Of a stretch of DNA of 52,183 bases, positions 40,821 through 51,028 are shown piece after piece (position 1 is the first letter of the stretch; each line of letters opens with the position of its first letter). The translations under genes and the position numbers were made by a program. The stretch is taken from the sequence record SRR2962707_1815, one strand, 5' to 3'. The notes beneath the pieces were generated by a model. The model was not told the DNA's origin, did not search any database, and worked only from the letters and a program-made list of their open reading frames with translations.

Positions 40821-42749
40821 TTATTTTTTGTCGTCTTTTACTTCTTCGAATTCAGCGTCTACTGCATCATCCTGAGCTTTACCAGAAGCGGCTTCTTCAG
40901 CACCTGGTTGAGCGCCAGCTTGAGCACCTTCTGCTTCAGCGTACATCTTCTGAGCTAAAGAGCCAGACGCTTGAGTCAACGCATTGGTTTTCTCTTCGAT
41001 CTTCTCTTTGTCGTTAGATGTTAACGCTTCTTCAAGTTCAGTGATCGCTGTTTCAATCGCTGTTTTCTCTTCTTCTGTTGCTTTATCGCCAGCATCAGTC
41101 AACGTTTTACGAGTCGCGTGGATCATGCCATCTGCTGTGTTGCGAACCTGTACAAGTTCTTCGAACTTGCGATCTTCTTCCGCGTTAGCTTCAGCATCCT
41201 GAACCATTTTTTCCACTTCTTCATCGCTTAGACCAGAAGATGCTTTGATCACGATAGACTGTTCTTTGCCTGTCGCTTTGTCTTTCGCAGACACGCTCAA
41301 GATACCGTTGGCATCAAGATCGAAGCTTACTTCGATTTGTGGCACACCACGTGGAGCAGGTGGAATGTCAGCCAAGTCGAAACGACCTAGAGATTTGTTC
41401 TGAGACGCTTGTTTACGCTCACCTTGCAATGCATGGATAGTCACTGCATTTTGGTTGTCTTCAGCGGTCGAGAAAGTTTGCGATTTCTTAGTCGGAATCG
41501 TTGTGTTTTTCTCGATCAAGGCCGTCATTACACCACCCATAGTCTCGATACCTAGAGACAGTGGAGTCACGTCTAGAAGAAGCACGTCTTTTACATCACC
41601 AGAAAGTACCGCACCTTGAATAGAAGCACCGATTGCTACTGCTTCATCAGGGTTTACGTCTTTACGTGGCTCTTTACCGAAGAATTCAGTTACTTTCGCT
41701 TGCACAAGAGGCATACGAGTTTGACCACCAACCAAGATAACTTCGTCGATGTCAGAAGCAGAAAGGTCTGCGTCTTTCAATGCTTGGCGGCAAGGCTCAA
41801 GAGAATTAAGAACTAGCTCTTCAACCAAAGACTCCAACTTAGAACGAGTCAATTTCACGTTCAAGTGTTTAGGGCCTGATGCGTCAGCCGTGATGTAAGG
41901 TAAGTTCACTTCAGTTTGTGAAGAAGAAGACAATTCAACTTTCGCTTTCTCACCCGCTTCTTTCAAACGTTGTAGCGCTAGTGGATCGTTGTGTAGATCG
42001 ATACCAGTGTCTTTCTTGAACTCAGCCGCTAGGAATTCGATAACGCGCATGTCGAAATCTTCACCACCTAGGAAAGTATCACCGTTTGTAGACAATACTT
42101 CGAATTGCTTCTCGCCATCAACGTCAGCAATTTCGATGATAGAGATATCGAACGTACCACCACCAAGGTCATAAACCGCGATAGTAGAGTCGCCGCTGCT
42201 CTTGTCTAGGCCGTAAGCCAATGCTGCTGCTGTTGGCTCGTTGATAATGCGTTTAACTTCTAGGCCTGCAATTTTACCCGCGTCTTTTGTTGCTTGACGC
42301 TGAGAATCGTTGAAGTAAGCAGGAACCGTGATAACCGCTTCTGTTACTTTCTCGCCTAGGTAATCTTCAGCTGTTTTCTTCATTTTCTTAAGAACTTCAG
42401 CGGAAATTTGTGGCGGTGCTTTCTTCTCGCCTTTAATTTCTACCCAAGCGTCGCCGTTATCCGCAGCTACGATTTTGTAAGGCACCATTGAGATGTCTTT
42501 TTGTACCACTTTGTCTTCAAAGCGACGACCGATCAAACGCTTAACCGCAAACAAGGTATTGGTTGGGTTGGTGACAGCCTGACGCTTAGCGGATTGACCC
42601 ACTAATACTTCGCCATCTTCTGCAAATGCAACGATGGATGGTGTGGTGCGATCGCCTTCAGCGTTTTCAATTACGCGAGCTTTTTCGCCATCTAGTACAG
42701 CAACACAAGAGTTTGTTGTACCTAAGTCAATACCAATGATTCTACCCAT
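40821..42749 (-). CDS. dnaK: Chaperone DnaK
   Basis: [24 protein letters not shown] and DAEFEEV motifs. Confidence 0.99.
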   Translation of the reverse strand: MGRIIGIDLGTTNSCVAVLDGEKARVIENAEGDRTTPSIVAFAEDGEVLVGQSAKRQAVTNPTNTLFAVKRLIGRRFEDKVVQKDISMVPYKIVAADNGDAWVEIKGEKKAPPQISAEVLKKMKKTAEDYLGEKVTEAVITVPAYFNDSQRQATKDAGKIAGLEVKRIINEPTAAALAYGLDKSSGDSTIAVYDLGGGTFDISIIEIADVDGEKQFEVLSTNGDTFLGGEDFDMRVIEFLAAEFKKDTGIDLHNDPLALQRLKEAGEKAKVELSSSSQTEVNLPYITADASGPKHLNVKLTRSKLESLVEELVLNSLEPCRQALKDADLSASDIDEVILVGGQTRMPLVQAKVTEFFGKEPRKDVNPDEAVAIGASIQGAVLSGDVKDVLLLDVTPLSLGIETMGGVMTALIEKNTTIPTKKSQTFSTAEDNQNAVTIHALQGERKQASQNKSLGRFDLADIPPAPRGVPQIEVSFDLDANGILSVSAKDKATGKEQSIVIKASSGLSDEEVEKMVQDAEANAEEDRKFEELVQVRNTADGMIHATRKTLTDAGDKATEEEKTAIETAITELEEALTSNDKEKIEEKTNALTQASGSLAQKMYAEAEGAQAGAQPGAEEAASGKAQDDAVDAEFEEVKDDKK

Positions 42750-42793
42750 GGTGTGTCTCTCCTATAAATTCGTTTATTTCAATGATAATTCTG

Positions 42794-42823
42794 TATTTGG
42801 GTACGCTTTTGAGCTTTTCAACC
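42794..42823 (-). promoter_or_regulatory. Sigma32 promoter of dnaK
   Basis: Minus strand GGTTGAAA-N13-ACCCAAATA. Confidence 0.7.
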
Positions 42824-42849
42824 GATCAGTGTCAAAAAAATGACGGTCT

Positions 42850-43428
42850 TTATGCTGCGCTCGAAACAACGACCATCGCTGGGCGTAATAAGCGGCCATG
42901 AAGCGTATAACCCTTCTGCACAACATCCATCACGGTGTTCGGCTCTAACTCAGGGTTTGGCACCATAGTAATGGCTTGGTGCAACTCTGGAGTGAACGGT
43001 TCGCCATGTGGATCAACTTGCTTCACTTCAAAGCGAGCCAAGGTTTCCAACAAGTCTTTCAACGTTAACTCAACACCTTCACGAACCGGGTCAGATTCGC
43101 CAGTCTCAGGCGCGGACGTTAGCGCTCGCTCAAGATTGTCAGCGACATTGATGATAGATTTGGCGAATTTCTCTAGGCCAAATTTATGCGCTTTCTCAAC
43201 ATCTAGCTCTGCACGTCTGCGAACATTTTGTGCATCCGCTTGAGCACGAAGTGCCGCTTCTTTGTACTGCGCGGCTTCTTCCAATGCTTTAGCAAGCTCT
43301 TCACTTTCAGGCGTTTCTTCTAGAAGCTCTGCTTCAGGCTCTAAAAGCTCTTCTGTTGCTTGATTTTCTGCTTCGCTATTCAAATCTTGCTCCGCTTCTA
43401 AATTAGAATTTTTTTGCTGATCACTCAT
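42850..43428 (-). CDS. grpE: Nucleotide exchange factor GrpE
   Basis: RAQAD..N.RRR, DNLERAL, HQAI and [15 protein letters not shown] motifs. Confidence 0.98.
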   Translation of the reverse strand: MSDQQKNSNLEAEQDLNSEAENQATEELLEPEAELLEETPESEELAKALEEAAQYKEAALRAQADAQNVRRRAELDVEKAHKFGLEKFAKSIINVADNLERALTSAPETGESDPVREGVELTLKDLLETLARFEVKQVDPHGEPFTPELHQAITMVPNPELEPNTVMDVVQKGYTLHGRLLRPAMVVVSSAA

Positions 43429-43473
43429 TTCTTCACTCCAAATAACAGAAAGTATTCTCTAACTGTGTTGGCT

Positions 43474-43501
43474 ATATGGGGCCAGCTTTTTGCCTTTCAA
43501 C
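43474..43501 (-). promoter_or_regulatory. Sigma32 promoter of grpE
   Basis: Minus strand GTTGAAA-N13-CCCCATAT. Confidence 0.85.
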
Positions 43502-43754
43502 AGTAAAACCTCATAAATTTAATGGGAATGGCAAGAAGATGTGAATACAGAGGCAGAGTGATGGCTAAGATCACAATAATAACCTGTTGTTGTGCTAAAA
43601 ATGACAGTGAACAGAATTAACAGAACTGGCTCAATTTCACCTTCCTTAGGCTCTGAATAATGATCTTTTCGACTCATTAGGCACGACGGTGCGCGGTTTA
43701 ATTTTATTAAATCCACATTAATTTTCTTCTCCTACTTGTCAAAAAATGACAAAC

Positions 43755-43774
43755 TACTGTATAAATAACCATAT
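43755..43774. promoter_or_regulatory. LexA (SOS) box upstream of recN, one mismatch
   Basis: TACTGTATAAATAACCATAT versus CTG-N10-CAG. Confidence 0.6.
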
Positions 43775-43802
43775 AAAATTTTTTCCTCATGTGGAGCGTA
43801 TT

Positions 43803-45473
43803 ATGCTAACAAGCATCGCTATATCCAATTTTGCCATTGTTGACACCTTAGATTTGGAATTCAAAACAGGCATGACTGTGATCTCCGGTGAAACCGGCGC
43901 CGGCAAATCCATTATGGTAGACGCCTTGTCGCTTTGCTTAGGTGGCAGAACCGATGCTGCGGTGGTTCGACACGGGGAAAAAAAGGCCGATATTAGCGCG
44001 ACGTTTGATATTACGCAGTACCCTCATGTATTCAATTGGCTAGAAGAGCGCGATCTAGATCAGGATCAGCACTGCATATTACGCCGCGTTATTAGCAAAG
44101 AAGGTCGTTCTAAAGCTTATATCAATGGTCGCCCTTGTACGCTCTCGGATTTAAAAGAAGCGGGCAGTCATTTGGTCGATATTCATGGCCAACACGAACA
44201 TCAATCTTTACTTAAAAAGAGCGCCCAGCGACAACAAGTCGACGAATTCGGCCAATTAACGGAGCTCGCAAAACAAGTCAGCCAGCAATACAGCGTATGG
44301 CGACAACTAAGAGAAGCCCTCGCCGCACAACAAAACCGCTCTTCTGAACAAGAAGCAAAAATTCAGCTATTGGCGTATCAGTCCCAAGAATTAGAACAAC
44401 TCGATTTAAAAGAAGGCGAGATTATCGAGCTTGAAAACGAGCAAGCGTTCTTGGCCAATATCGCAGACTCCCAGCAAAAAGCGTATCAAGTCAGCGGCAT
44501 ATTAATTGATAGCGATGAGGGCACCGTTTGCTCATTGCTCAACCAAGCAGTGCAAAGCGCCAGCCAAATAGCCCCCGCAACCAAAGAGCTAGAAGAAGCG
44601 CTTGAAATGATGAATGCAGCGCTCATTCAAGCCCAAGAGGCGGCCGACAGCCTGCATCACTATCAAGACACATTAGAGCAAAACCCAGAGCGACTCAGTG
44701 AGATAGAGCAACGCCTTACTGACATCTACGACACAGCACGTAAACACAAGGTACTGCCAGAAGCTTTATTAGTATTGCGAGAGTCCGTGGACGCTGAGCT
44801 GGCCTTGCTGCAAGGCAGCGAAGAAACCATTGACCAGCTCAAAGAAAGCGAAGAGCGCGCCTATGAAACTCTCACGGCGCTCGCGACCACATTGACAGAA
44901 AAACGCATGGCAGCGAAAGACCTTCTCGCAAGGCAAGTCGAAGAACAAATACATGGGCTCGGCATGCCCCACGCACGCTTTTTCATTGATTGCCAACCAC
45001 TTAATCAAGTGTCTGCGAATGGTTTTGAAGACATTGAATACATGATTGCATCGAACCCTGGACAGCCCGCGCAACCATTACGGAAAGTCGCGTCTGGCGG
45101 GGAATTGTCACGGATAAGCTTAGGCATTCAAGTCGTCACCGCGCACACCTCAGTGATTCCTACCTTGGTATTTGACGAGGTGGATGTCGGTATAAGTGGA
45201 GGGATTGCGGAAGTGGTCGGGCGCATGTTGCGCTCGGTAGGGAAACGAGGACAAGTTTTCTGTGTAACACATTTGGCGCAAGTGGCGGCCCAAGGCAATC
45301 AGCATTTGCGAGTGAGTAAGCAAGTAGCCAATGAGGCGACGTCGTCACAAGTGTCTCAATTACAAGATACTGAGCGCACGCAGGAAATTGCGCGCTTACT
45401 GGGAGGTCTCGAGTTAACCGAACAAACGTTAGCTCACGCTAAAGAAATGCTTGGTAACGTGCATTTACAATAA
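43803..45473 (+). CDS. recN: DNA repair protein RecN
   Basis: SGETGAGKS, IHGQHEHQ, ASGGELSR, FDEVDVG and VTHLAQVA motifs. Start corrected to ATG 43803. Confidence 0.97.
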   Translation: MLTSIAISNFAIVDTLDLEFKTGMTVISGETGAGKSIMVDALSLCLGGRTDAAVVRHGEKKADISATFDITQYPHVFNWLEERDLDQDQHCILRRVISKEGRSKAYINGRPCTLSDLKEAGSHLVDIHGQHEHQSLLKKSAQRQQVDEFGQLTELAKQVSQQYSVWRQLREALAAQQNRSSEQEAKIQLLAYQSQELEQLDLKEGEIIELENEQAFLANIADSQQKAYQVSGILIDSDEGTVCSLLNQAVQSASQIAPATKELEEALEMMNAALIQAQEAADSLHHYQDTLEQNPERLSEIEQRLTDIYDTARKHKVLPEALLVLRESVDAELALLQGSEETIDQLKESEERAYETLTALATTLTEKRMAAKDLLARQVEEQIHGLGMPHARFFIDCQPLNQVSANGFEDIEYMIASNPGQPAQPLRKVASGGELSRISLGIQVVTAHTSVIPTLVFDEVDVGISGGIAEVVGRMLRSVGKRGQVFCVTHLAQVAAQGNQHLRVSKQVANEATSSQVSQLQDTERTQEIARLLGGLELTEQTLAHAKEMLGNVHLQ

Positions 45474-45475
45474 AA

Positions 45476-45518
45476 AATAAGCGGATAAGGGCACTGTGTC
45501 ATTATCCGCTCATTTTTC
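45476..45518. terminator. Hairpin terminator between convergent recN and fur
   Basis: AGCGGATAA...TTATCCGCT stem flanked by A and T runs. Confidence 0.6.
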
Positions 45519-45529
45519 TGGGCAGCCCT

Positions 45530-45940
45530 TTATTTCTTCTTTGGGCGCACGTAAATGATCAAGCTGTGATCTTCAATCTCAAAACCATGCTCTTCTGCGA
45601 TTTCATGCTGACGTTTTTCAATCACTGGATCAACAAACTCAATCACTCGACCTGACTCCAAGCAAATCATGTGGTCATGATGTTCGCCTTTTGCCAATTC
45701 AAATACCGCAGTACCCGCTTCAAAATGGTGGCGCATAACCAAGCCTGCAGATTCAAACTGAGTCAAAACACGATAAACTGTTGCTAAACCGACATCTTCA
45801 CCTTGATCTAGCAAAGTACGGTAAACATCATCGGCACTGAAATGACGATCACCAGCATTCTCTAGAATTTGTAAAATTTTCACTCGCGGCAAGGTAACTT
45901 TGAGTCCCGCTTTCTTTAGTTCTTGATTTTCGCTAGTCAT
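45530..45940 (-). CDS. fur: Ferric uptake regulator
   Basis: GLKVTLPR, GLATVYRVLTQF and HHDHMIC motifs. Confidence 0.97.
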   Translation of the reverse strand: MTSENQELKKAGLKVTLPRVKILQILENAGDRHFSADDVYRTLLDQGEDVGLATVYRVLTQFESAGLVMRHHFEAGTAVFELAKGEHHDHMICLESGRVIEFVDPVIEKRQHEIAEEHGFEIEDHSLIIYVRPKKK

Positions 45941-46009
45941 GAGTCATTCTCTATTCGATCTTGTTGATAATTACTTTATCATTAGCATACCTGAGTTAGG
46001 ATGATACAA

Positions 46010-46327
46010 ATGAAAAAATCAATATTAGTAATATGCGCCCTATTTTCTCTAAGCGCATGCAGTTTATTTCCGCCTCCATATAAGGCTACCGTAACGCAAG
46101 GCAACTTCATTACGAAGGAACAGCTCTCTCAGTTAAAAGTGGGCATGACACAATCGCAAGTTATCTACCTGTTAGGAACCCCTATGGTAAGAGATACCTT
46201 CAAACCCAACGAATGGCATTATCTTTACACCACCAAATACGCGACACCTGAGACACCTAAAAGCGCCGCGAGTGATCTCACTTTAACGTTCGAGGGTGAC
46301 AGCTTAACTGACATTAAAAACAACTAA
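46010..46327 (+). CDS. bamE: Outer membrane protein assembly lipoprotein BamE (SmpA/OmlA)
   Basis: Lipobox LSAC, QGN and GMT..QV.YLLGTP motifs; divergent from fur. Confidence 0.93.
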   Translation: MKKSILVICALFSLSACSLFPPPYKATVTQGNFITKEQLSQLKVGMTQSQVIYLLGTPMVRDTFKPNEWHYLYTTKYATPETPKSAASDLTLTFEGDSLTDIKNN

Positions 46328-46332
46328 TTATT

Positions 46333-46620
46333 CTAGCTGTTTTTTGCTGCGCGGTTGGCTCTAGCTTGTTTAGGGTCAACCTTCAGCTCACGGTAGATTT
46401 CTACACGCTCACCTTCTTTTAACGTCTGTGTATCGGCATTTCTTACCGCTTTGCCAAAAATCCCTACTTTCACATTCTCCAAGTCTAAACCTGGAAAAAA
46501 AGCATCGATATTAGAGCGAAGCACTGCGTCTCTTACCGTGCAATTTTCTTCTACATCTAACGCTATAATTTTTTGCTTTTCAGGCAGCGCATACGCCACC
46601 TCAACTCGTATTTTATTCAC
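46333..46620 (-). CDS. ratB: RnfH/RatB ubiquitin-like protein
   Basis: VEVAYALP.KQ, GIFGK and RVEIYR.L..DPK motifs. Confidence 0.9.
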   Translation of the reverse strand: MNKIRVEVAYALPEKQKIIALDVEENCTVRDAVLRSNIDAFFPGLDLENVKVGIFGKAVRNADTQTLKEGERVEIYRELKVDPKQARANRAAKNS

Positions 46621-47044
46621 CGTAAACTACCTTTGCTCGTTTACTAAATGCGTCCACCATAGCATTGGCGATCTGGCTAAACACACCACCAAACGCAAAT
46701 TTCAGCATACCACTCAATTCAAATTCGATACTTAGCGCTATTTTACAGCGACCAGGGGACAGTTCGGTAAACGTCCATACACCGTGTAATTTTTTAAACG
46801 GGCCTTTTACTAGGGTCATTTCAACTCGCGTTGGCTCTTCTAAAAAATTCTTAGTGGTAAAGGCCTGACGCACCGGCCCCTTACCAACCTCAAGAGAGGC
46901 GACAATTTCTGTTGGCGTACGAGATATCAGAGAAGAGCTCAAACAACCTGGTAAAAATTCCGGATACCCGTCGATATCATTCACTAATGCAAACATTTGC
47001 TCGCAACTGTACTCAACATGAGCAAAGCGCTCTATATGACTCAA
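46613..47044 (-). CDS. ratA: RatA/PasT (Coq10 START-domain) protein
   Basis: MFALVNDI..YPEFLPGC, GPFKKL.G.W.F and MVDAF..RA..VYG motifs. Confidence 0.93.
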   Translation of the reverse strand: MSHIERFAHVEYSCEQMFALVNDIDGYPEFLPGCLSSSLISRTPTEIVASLEVGKGPVRQAFTTKNFLEEPTRVEMTLVKGPFKKLHGVWTFTELSPGRCKIALSIEFELSGMLKFAFGGVFSQIANAMVDAFSKRAKVVYGE

Positions 47045-47045
47045 A

Positions 47046-48404
47046 TCAAACTCCTATCCAACCTGCGACAGTAATGACGATAAGCACAGGAATACTGATA
47101 TATTTTAAAACGCCATACCATATTTTGAAGTGGCTAACTTGGCGAGTAATCATCTCGTTGCGTAATACGGTACGAGGGATAAACCACGCCACCAACACAG
47201 ACAATAAAATCGCCCCCAACGGCAGCATAATCAAAGAGGTTAGCTGATCAAGCAACTCAAAGAAGTTGAGGCCAAACAGCACTTTTCTATCCCAATGGTT
47301 AAACGATAAAAGCACCGCAATACCAACAAACCAAATGGCGCCACCTAACAACAAAGCCGCTTTAAAACGCGCAATGTAAAACTTCTCATGCAACCAAGCA
47401 ACAAACAGTTCTAACATAGAGATTGCCGAAGTCAGTGCAGCAATCACCAATAAGAGAAAAAAGAAGCCGCCTATCAACTGCCCTGCTGGCAAACTACCAA
47501 AAATAATAGGCAAGGACACAAACGCTAAACTAGGCCCTGAATCCAGATCTATATGGAACGCAAAAGCCAAAGGGAAAATCACCAAACAGGCCAATACAGA
47601 CACAATCAGGTCAATCGCTACCACCGCAGAACAGGCTCGGGCAATGGACATCCGCTTACTCATGTATGCACCGTAAGCAAACATAGCACCCATTCCCACA
47701 CTTAAGCTAAACAGGGCATGACCAATGGCGGATAACACCACACCAAAAGTGATGTCTTGCCAAGACCAACGAAACAAGAAGTGAATGGCTTCAAGCGCTT
47801 CTCCCTCTTCCAGAGAGAACCCCGCCAATATCAGCATAACGACGATCAAAACAGGCAATAAAATTCGCACCAAGGCCGCCAGTCCACGCGTCACTGACTG
47901 CCCTACGGTTAATACGACCAGTCCTACAAATATCGAGTGCCATAGTAGCATTTCACCAGGGGACGCCAATAAATGATCAAACATGCTCGCGGCATCGGCT
48001 TGGGAGATATTCATAAAATCCCCCGAGATGGCGCGTTCAAAGTAACCAATGGACCAGCCAGCAATGACGCTATAGAAAGTCAGGATGAGAAAGCCTGTGA
48101 GCCCTGCAATCCAGGGAACAACAACCCAAAAGCGGTGAATCACACGACGTTCACTAAGATCATTAATGGTGTCTATCGGGTTTGAGCGTACGGTACGACC
48201 TAGTGCCACTTCAGCCATTAGGATAGGCAGGCCGACCAACAGTAAGCAAGCACAATAAATAAGCAGAAAAGCGCCGCCGCCATTCTCTCCTATTAGGTAC
48301 GGAAATTTCCAAATATTCCCCAAGCCAACAGCTGATCCGCTCGCGGCAAAAATAAATATCCACGGACTAGACCATATACCTTGTAAACATCGACTTTCGG
48401 GCAT
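47046..48404 (-). CDS. Sodium-dependent transporter (NSS/SNF family)
   Basis: GSAVGLGNIWKFPY..GENGGGAF, FSLSVGMG and AALTSAIS motifs. Confidence 0.92.
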   Translation of the reverse strand: MPESRCLQGIWSSPWIFIFAASGSAVGLGNIWKFPYLIGENGGGAFLLIYCACLLLVGLPILMAEVALGRTVRSNPIDTINDLSERRVIHRFWVVVPWIAGLTGFLILTFYSVIAGWSIGYFERAISGDFMNISQADAASMFDHLLASPGEMLLWHSIFVGLVVLTVGQSVTRGLAALVRILLPVLIVVMLILAGFSLEEGEALEAIHFLFRWSWQDITFGVVLSAIGHALFSLSVGMGAMFAYGAYMSKRMSIARACSAVVAIDLIVSVLACLVIFPLAFAFHIDLDSGPSLAFVSLPIIFGSLPAGQLIGGFFFLLLVIAALTSAISMLELFVAWLHEKFYIARFKAALLLGGAIWFVGIAVLLSFNHWDRKVLFGLNFFELLDQLTSLIMLPLGAILLSVLVAWFIPRTVLRNEMITRQVSHFKIWYGVLKYISIPVLIVITVAGWIGV

Positions 48405-48585
48405 AAATTTAGCTCTCACTACTCAGTAGCGTTTAGATAATTAAAGATGAGAAAGAAAGCTTACCGCAGTCATTCGAAGCTCATCATGATGATTTTATTT
48501 ACTGAGGGCGAATTTTCTAACATTAAGGCGCATACCTCAAGAAAAGCATAGGTTTTTGCCGCTATCGACCGTATAATTTCCAACT

Positions 48586-49065
48586 ATGAGTAAAGTAAAG
48601 AAAAAATCCAATAGCACGGGCACTATCGCGCTTAATAAACGTGCAAAATTTGACTACTTCGTTGACCAGAAGTTCGAAGCCGGACTGGTTTTATCTGGAT
48701 GGGAAGTCAAAAGCCTGCGCGAAGGTAAAGCCCAATTAGTTGACGCCTTCGTTATCATTCACCAAAACGAAGCGTGGCTTGTCGGTGCGCGTATTACGCC
48801 ACTTTTAAGCGCCTCTACACACGTTGTATGTGAGCCAATGCGCCAGCGTAAATTGCTGCTCAACCGCAAAGAGCTCGAGAAAATCATACAAGTTACTGAG
48901 CAAAAGGGTAAAACCTGCGCCGCCATGGCTCTGTACTGGAAAGGCAATAAAATCAAATGTGAAGTTGCCTTGGTTACCGGTAAAAAAGACCATGACAAAC
49001 GCGGCACAGAACGAGATCGTGATTGGTCGCGAGACAAAGAACGCCTAATGAAACACAGTGCTTAA
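48586..49065 (+). CDS. smpB: SsrA-binding protein SmpB
   Basis: [27 protein letters not shown] and GKK.HDKR motifs. Confidence 0.98.
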   Translation: MSKVKKKSNSTGTIALNKRAKFDYFVDQKFEAGLVLSGWEVKSLREGKAQLVDAFVIIHQNEAWLVGARITPLLSASTHVVCEPMRQRKLLLNRKELEKIIQVTEQKGKTCAAMALYWKGNKIKCEVALVTGKKDHDKRGTERDRDWSRDKERLMKHSA

Positions 49066-49175
49066 TCTTAGCTGACGCTGTTCACAGAATAGTGTGAGTA
49101 AATAAGAACAAAGCGCAGAGATACCCGTTATCTCTAGCGAAAGCACATTGTTTCCGTTAGAATAATACCAACTTT

Positions 49176-49537
49176 GGGGATGACTTGGTTTCGACGCCGG
49201 TTACAAACCCTGAGGTGCATGTCGAGAGTGATGCGTGATCTCGTAAATCCCCCGCATCAATTTTATAGTCGCAAACGACGAAAACTACGCTTTAGCAGCC
49301 TAAACCGCTGCTAGTGTGCTGCCCTCAGGTTGCTTGTAGCCAGAGATTCTGCAGTATCATAAATTACAGGATGCTAACCGATGCCCCGCCTAGGGATAAG
49401 GTTCTAAGATTAAGTAGGCTCGCCATTAACACCCTGTCCTTCGGGCGGTTCGTGGTCAAATAATAGAAGTGACTAAACATGTAGAGCCGATGGCAGAGGA
49501 CTGGCGGACGGGGGTTCGAATCCCCCCATCTCCACCA
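49176..49537 (+). ncRNA. ssrA: tmRNA
   Basis: 5' GGGGATGAC..GGTTTCGAC, tag frame ANDENYALAA* at 49271-49303, 3' T-arm GGTTCGAATCC...TCCACCA; follows smpB. Confidence 0.98.
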
Positions 49538-49606
49538 CTTAAAGGCTTGATTTTAAAAGGGTTTGCACTTTTTAAAATGAGGTCGGGGCACACAAACGAC
49601 ACACAG
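49538..49606. mobile_element. Putative att junction of an element integrated at the ssrA 3' end
   Basis: IHF consensus AATCAA-GCCT-TTA on the minus strand (49540-52) and 11 bp-period repeats GGGGCACACAA/ACGACACACAG (49585-606); no integrase in the window. Confidence 0.45.
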
Positions 49607-49619
49607 TTTGTATGCCAAT

Positions 49620-49652
49620 AAAAAAGGGAAGCCTAATGGCTTCCCTTTTTTT
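49620..49652. terminator. Bidirectional terminator (ssrA side / sulfatase)
   Basis: AAAAAAGGGAAGCC-TAAT-GGCTTCCCTTTTTT. Confidence 0.85.
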
Positions 49653-49654
49653 GT

Positions 49655-51028
49655 CTATTTTACACTGTGCTTTTCGGCTGCTTTACGCAACTCTTGGGCA
49701 CAGGTTAGGTAGTAATTTCGCCCTGTGGCGGTGAGTAAGTGCTTAGCAAGCCCTTCAAGAGCTTCGGCCTTCATTAATTTAGGTTTGCCTGTTGATGGTT
49801 CAAGCACTATAAGTTGGTCTGCTAATTGTGCCGCCCACTGATAATCCTTATTTTTTAATGCATCAAGCGTGGCTTGCTCTAATTTAGCTTTGCCTCCCGC
49901 CAAAGTCGCCATTCGCTCAGCTTCTGCTTTAACCGGTAAGGAAAATAGGTGCGTCGGGTTACCATCGAACCACCCCAAAGTACCAGCAAAGATGGAACGC
50001 ACTGCCCACTGAATATTACCGTAGTAGTTTCTGAGATAATCTTTATCCGCATACTTCTGTGGTAACTTCACATACTCTACTAATTCATCCGGCGTCATCC
50101 CTTTGTTCATGCCTTCGATTGTTTTGTTAAAAACATACTGCACGGCGTCGCGATAATTCGTCAATCTGTCCATGACCTCCGCTTTATCCGTAATAGGTCG
50201 CGTGTGCCCAGGTACTAGCTTTTCAGGTTTTTCTTTCAACATTTGGTTAAGGCCACTGATCCAAGACTGCACATCGCGGTATTCTGATCCTCGAATAGCA
50301 TAAAGGTTAAGCCAAGAACTGTAGAAGAAATCACCAGAGAACAAGACACGCTTAGCCGGGTACCAAATGTACATGGCGTCTTTTGTTTCCCCATTAATAG
50401 GCACTAATTCCAAACTAATTCCAGCCACCTCTATTAATTCTCGTGTGCTGCCTAAATGATGATTTGGTTGGATAGCTGTGGCTTTTGTACCAAATACTTC
50501 AAGCGAGTGTTTCGGGTAATACGCTTGCGCTATACCATTATTTATCCTTTTCTCTGGTGGTAATAAAAAGCCACCTTGTCTCGCACCACGAATCCTATTG
50601 ATGGTTAAACCTTCTCGCTTAAAGGCATGAGCCTCATCACGAAAGTTACTCCGAGCCCAAATCTGTGGGTGCCCTTCTGCTGCAAAAACAGGAATCCCAC
50701 CAATATGATCACTGTGCCCGTGCGTTATCAGAATCGCCTTAATCGGCAGCGCTGTTATTTTTCGCATTGCGGCTAATACTTTTTTGGCGGAGGCGGTATC
50801 TATGCCGGTGTCGACGATAACAAGGCCGTCTTTTCCGACAATCATAGAAACAGGCTGCACCGAATAACCTGTAAAGGTATAAACATTATCCGCAACATGG
50901 ACTGTGTCTTTTTGGAATTCTGCGTTCCGCGCTTTTAACAGTGCCGTTTCAGGCGTATCGACGGCAAGTGCCATGCTCGAAGTAATCGTTGTGATCACCA
51001 CAAGTAATAGACTTATGATTGTTCTCAT
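49655..51028 (-). CDS. Secreted alkyl/aryl sulfatase (metallo-beta-lactamase fold, SdsA-like) without the C-terminal SCP-2 domain
   Basis: Signal peptide, THGHSDH, GET.D, NLYAIRG..YRD, PGH, YYG, GWFDGNP and RNYYLT motifs. Confidence 0.88.
   Translation of the reverse strand: MRTIISLLLVVITTITSSMALAVDTPETALLKARNAEFQKDTVHVADNVYTFTGYSVQPVSMIVGKDGLVIVDTGIDTASAKKVLAAMRKITALPIKAILITHGHSDHIGGIPVFAAEGHPQIWARSNFRDEAHAFKREGLTINRIRGARQGGFLLPPEKRINNGIAQAYYPKHSLEVFGTKATAIQPNHHLGSTRELIEVAGISLELVPINGETKDAMYIWYPAKRVLFSGDFFYSSWLNLYAIRGSEYRDVQSWISGLNQMLKEKPEKLVPGHTRPITDKAEVMDRLTNYRDAVQYVFNKTIEGMNKGMTPDELVEYVKLPQKYADKDYLRNYYGNIQWAVRSIFAGTLGWFDGNPTHLFSLPVKAEAERMATLAGGKAKLEQATLDALKNKDYQWAAQLADQLIVLEPSTGKPKLMKAEALEGLAKHLLTATGRNYYLTCAQELRKAAEKHSVK

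Noticed and set aside
43519-43716. 65 aa ORF between grpE and recN
   Set aside because: No recognisable family and it occupies a divergent promoter region; no hrcA or nadK remnant recognised.
45965-45981. TGATAATTACTTTATCA between fur and bamE as a Fur box
   Set aside because: The spacing is 7-3-7 rather than the 7-1-7 Fur consensus; cannot be supported without a PWM.
46333-47044. ratA/ratB as a novel toxin-antitoxin system
   Set aside because: A conserved core locus beside smpB; RatA is a Coq10-like ubiquinone-related protein.
47046-48404. NSS transporter between ratA and smpB as an insertion
   Set aside because: As I recall the same arrangement occurs in Pseudomonas-like genomes; no mobility signals are present.
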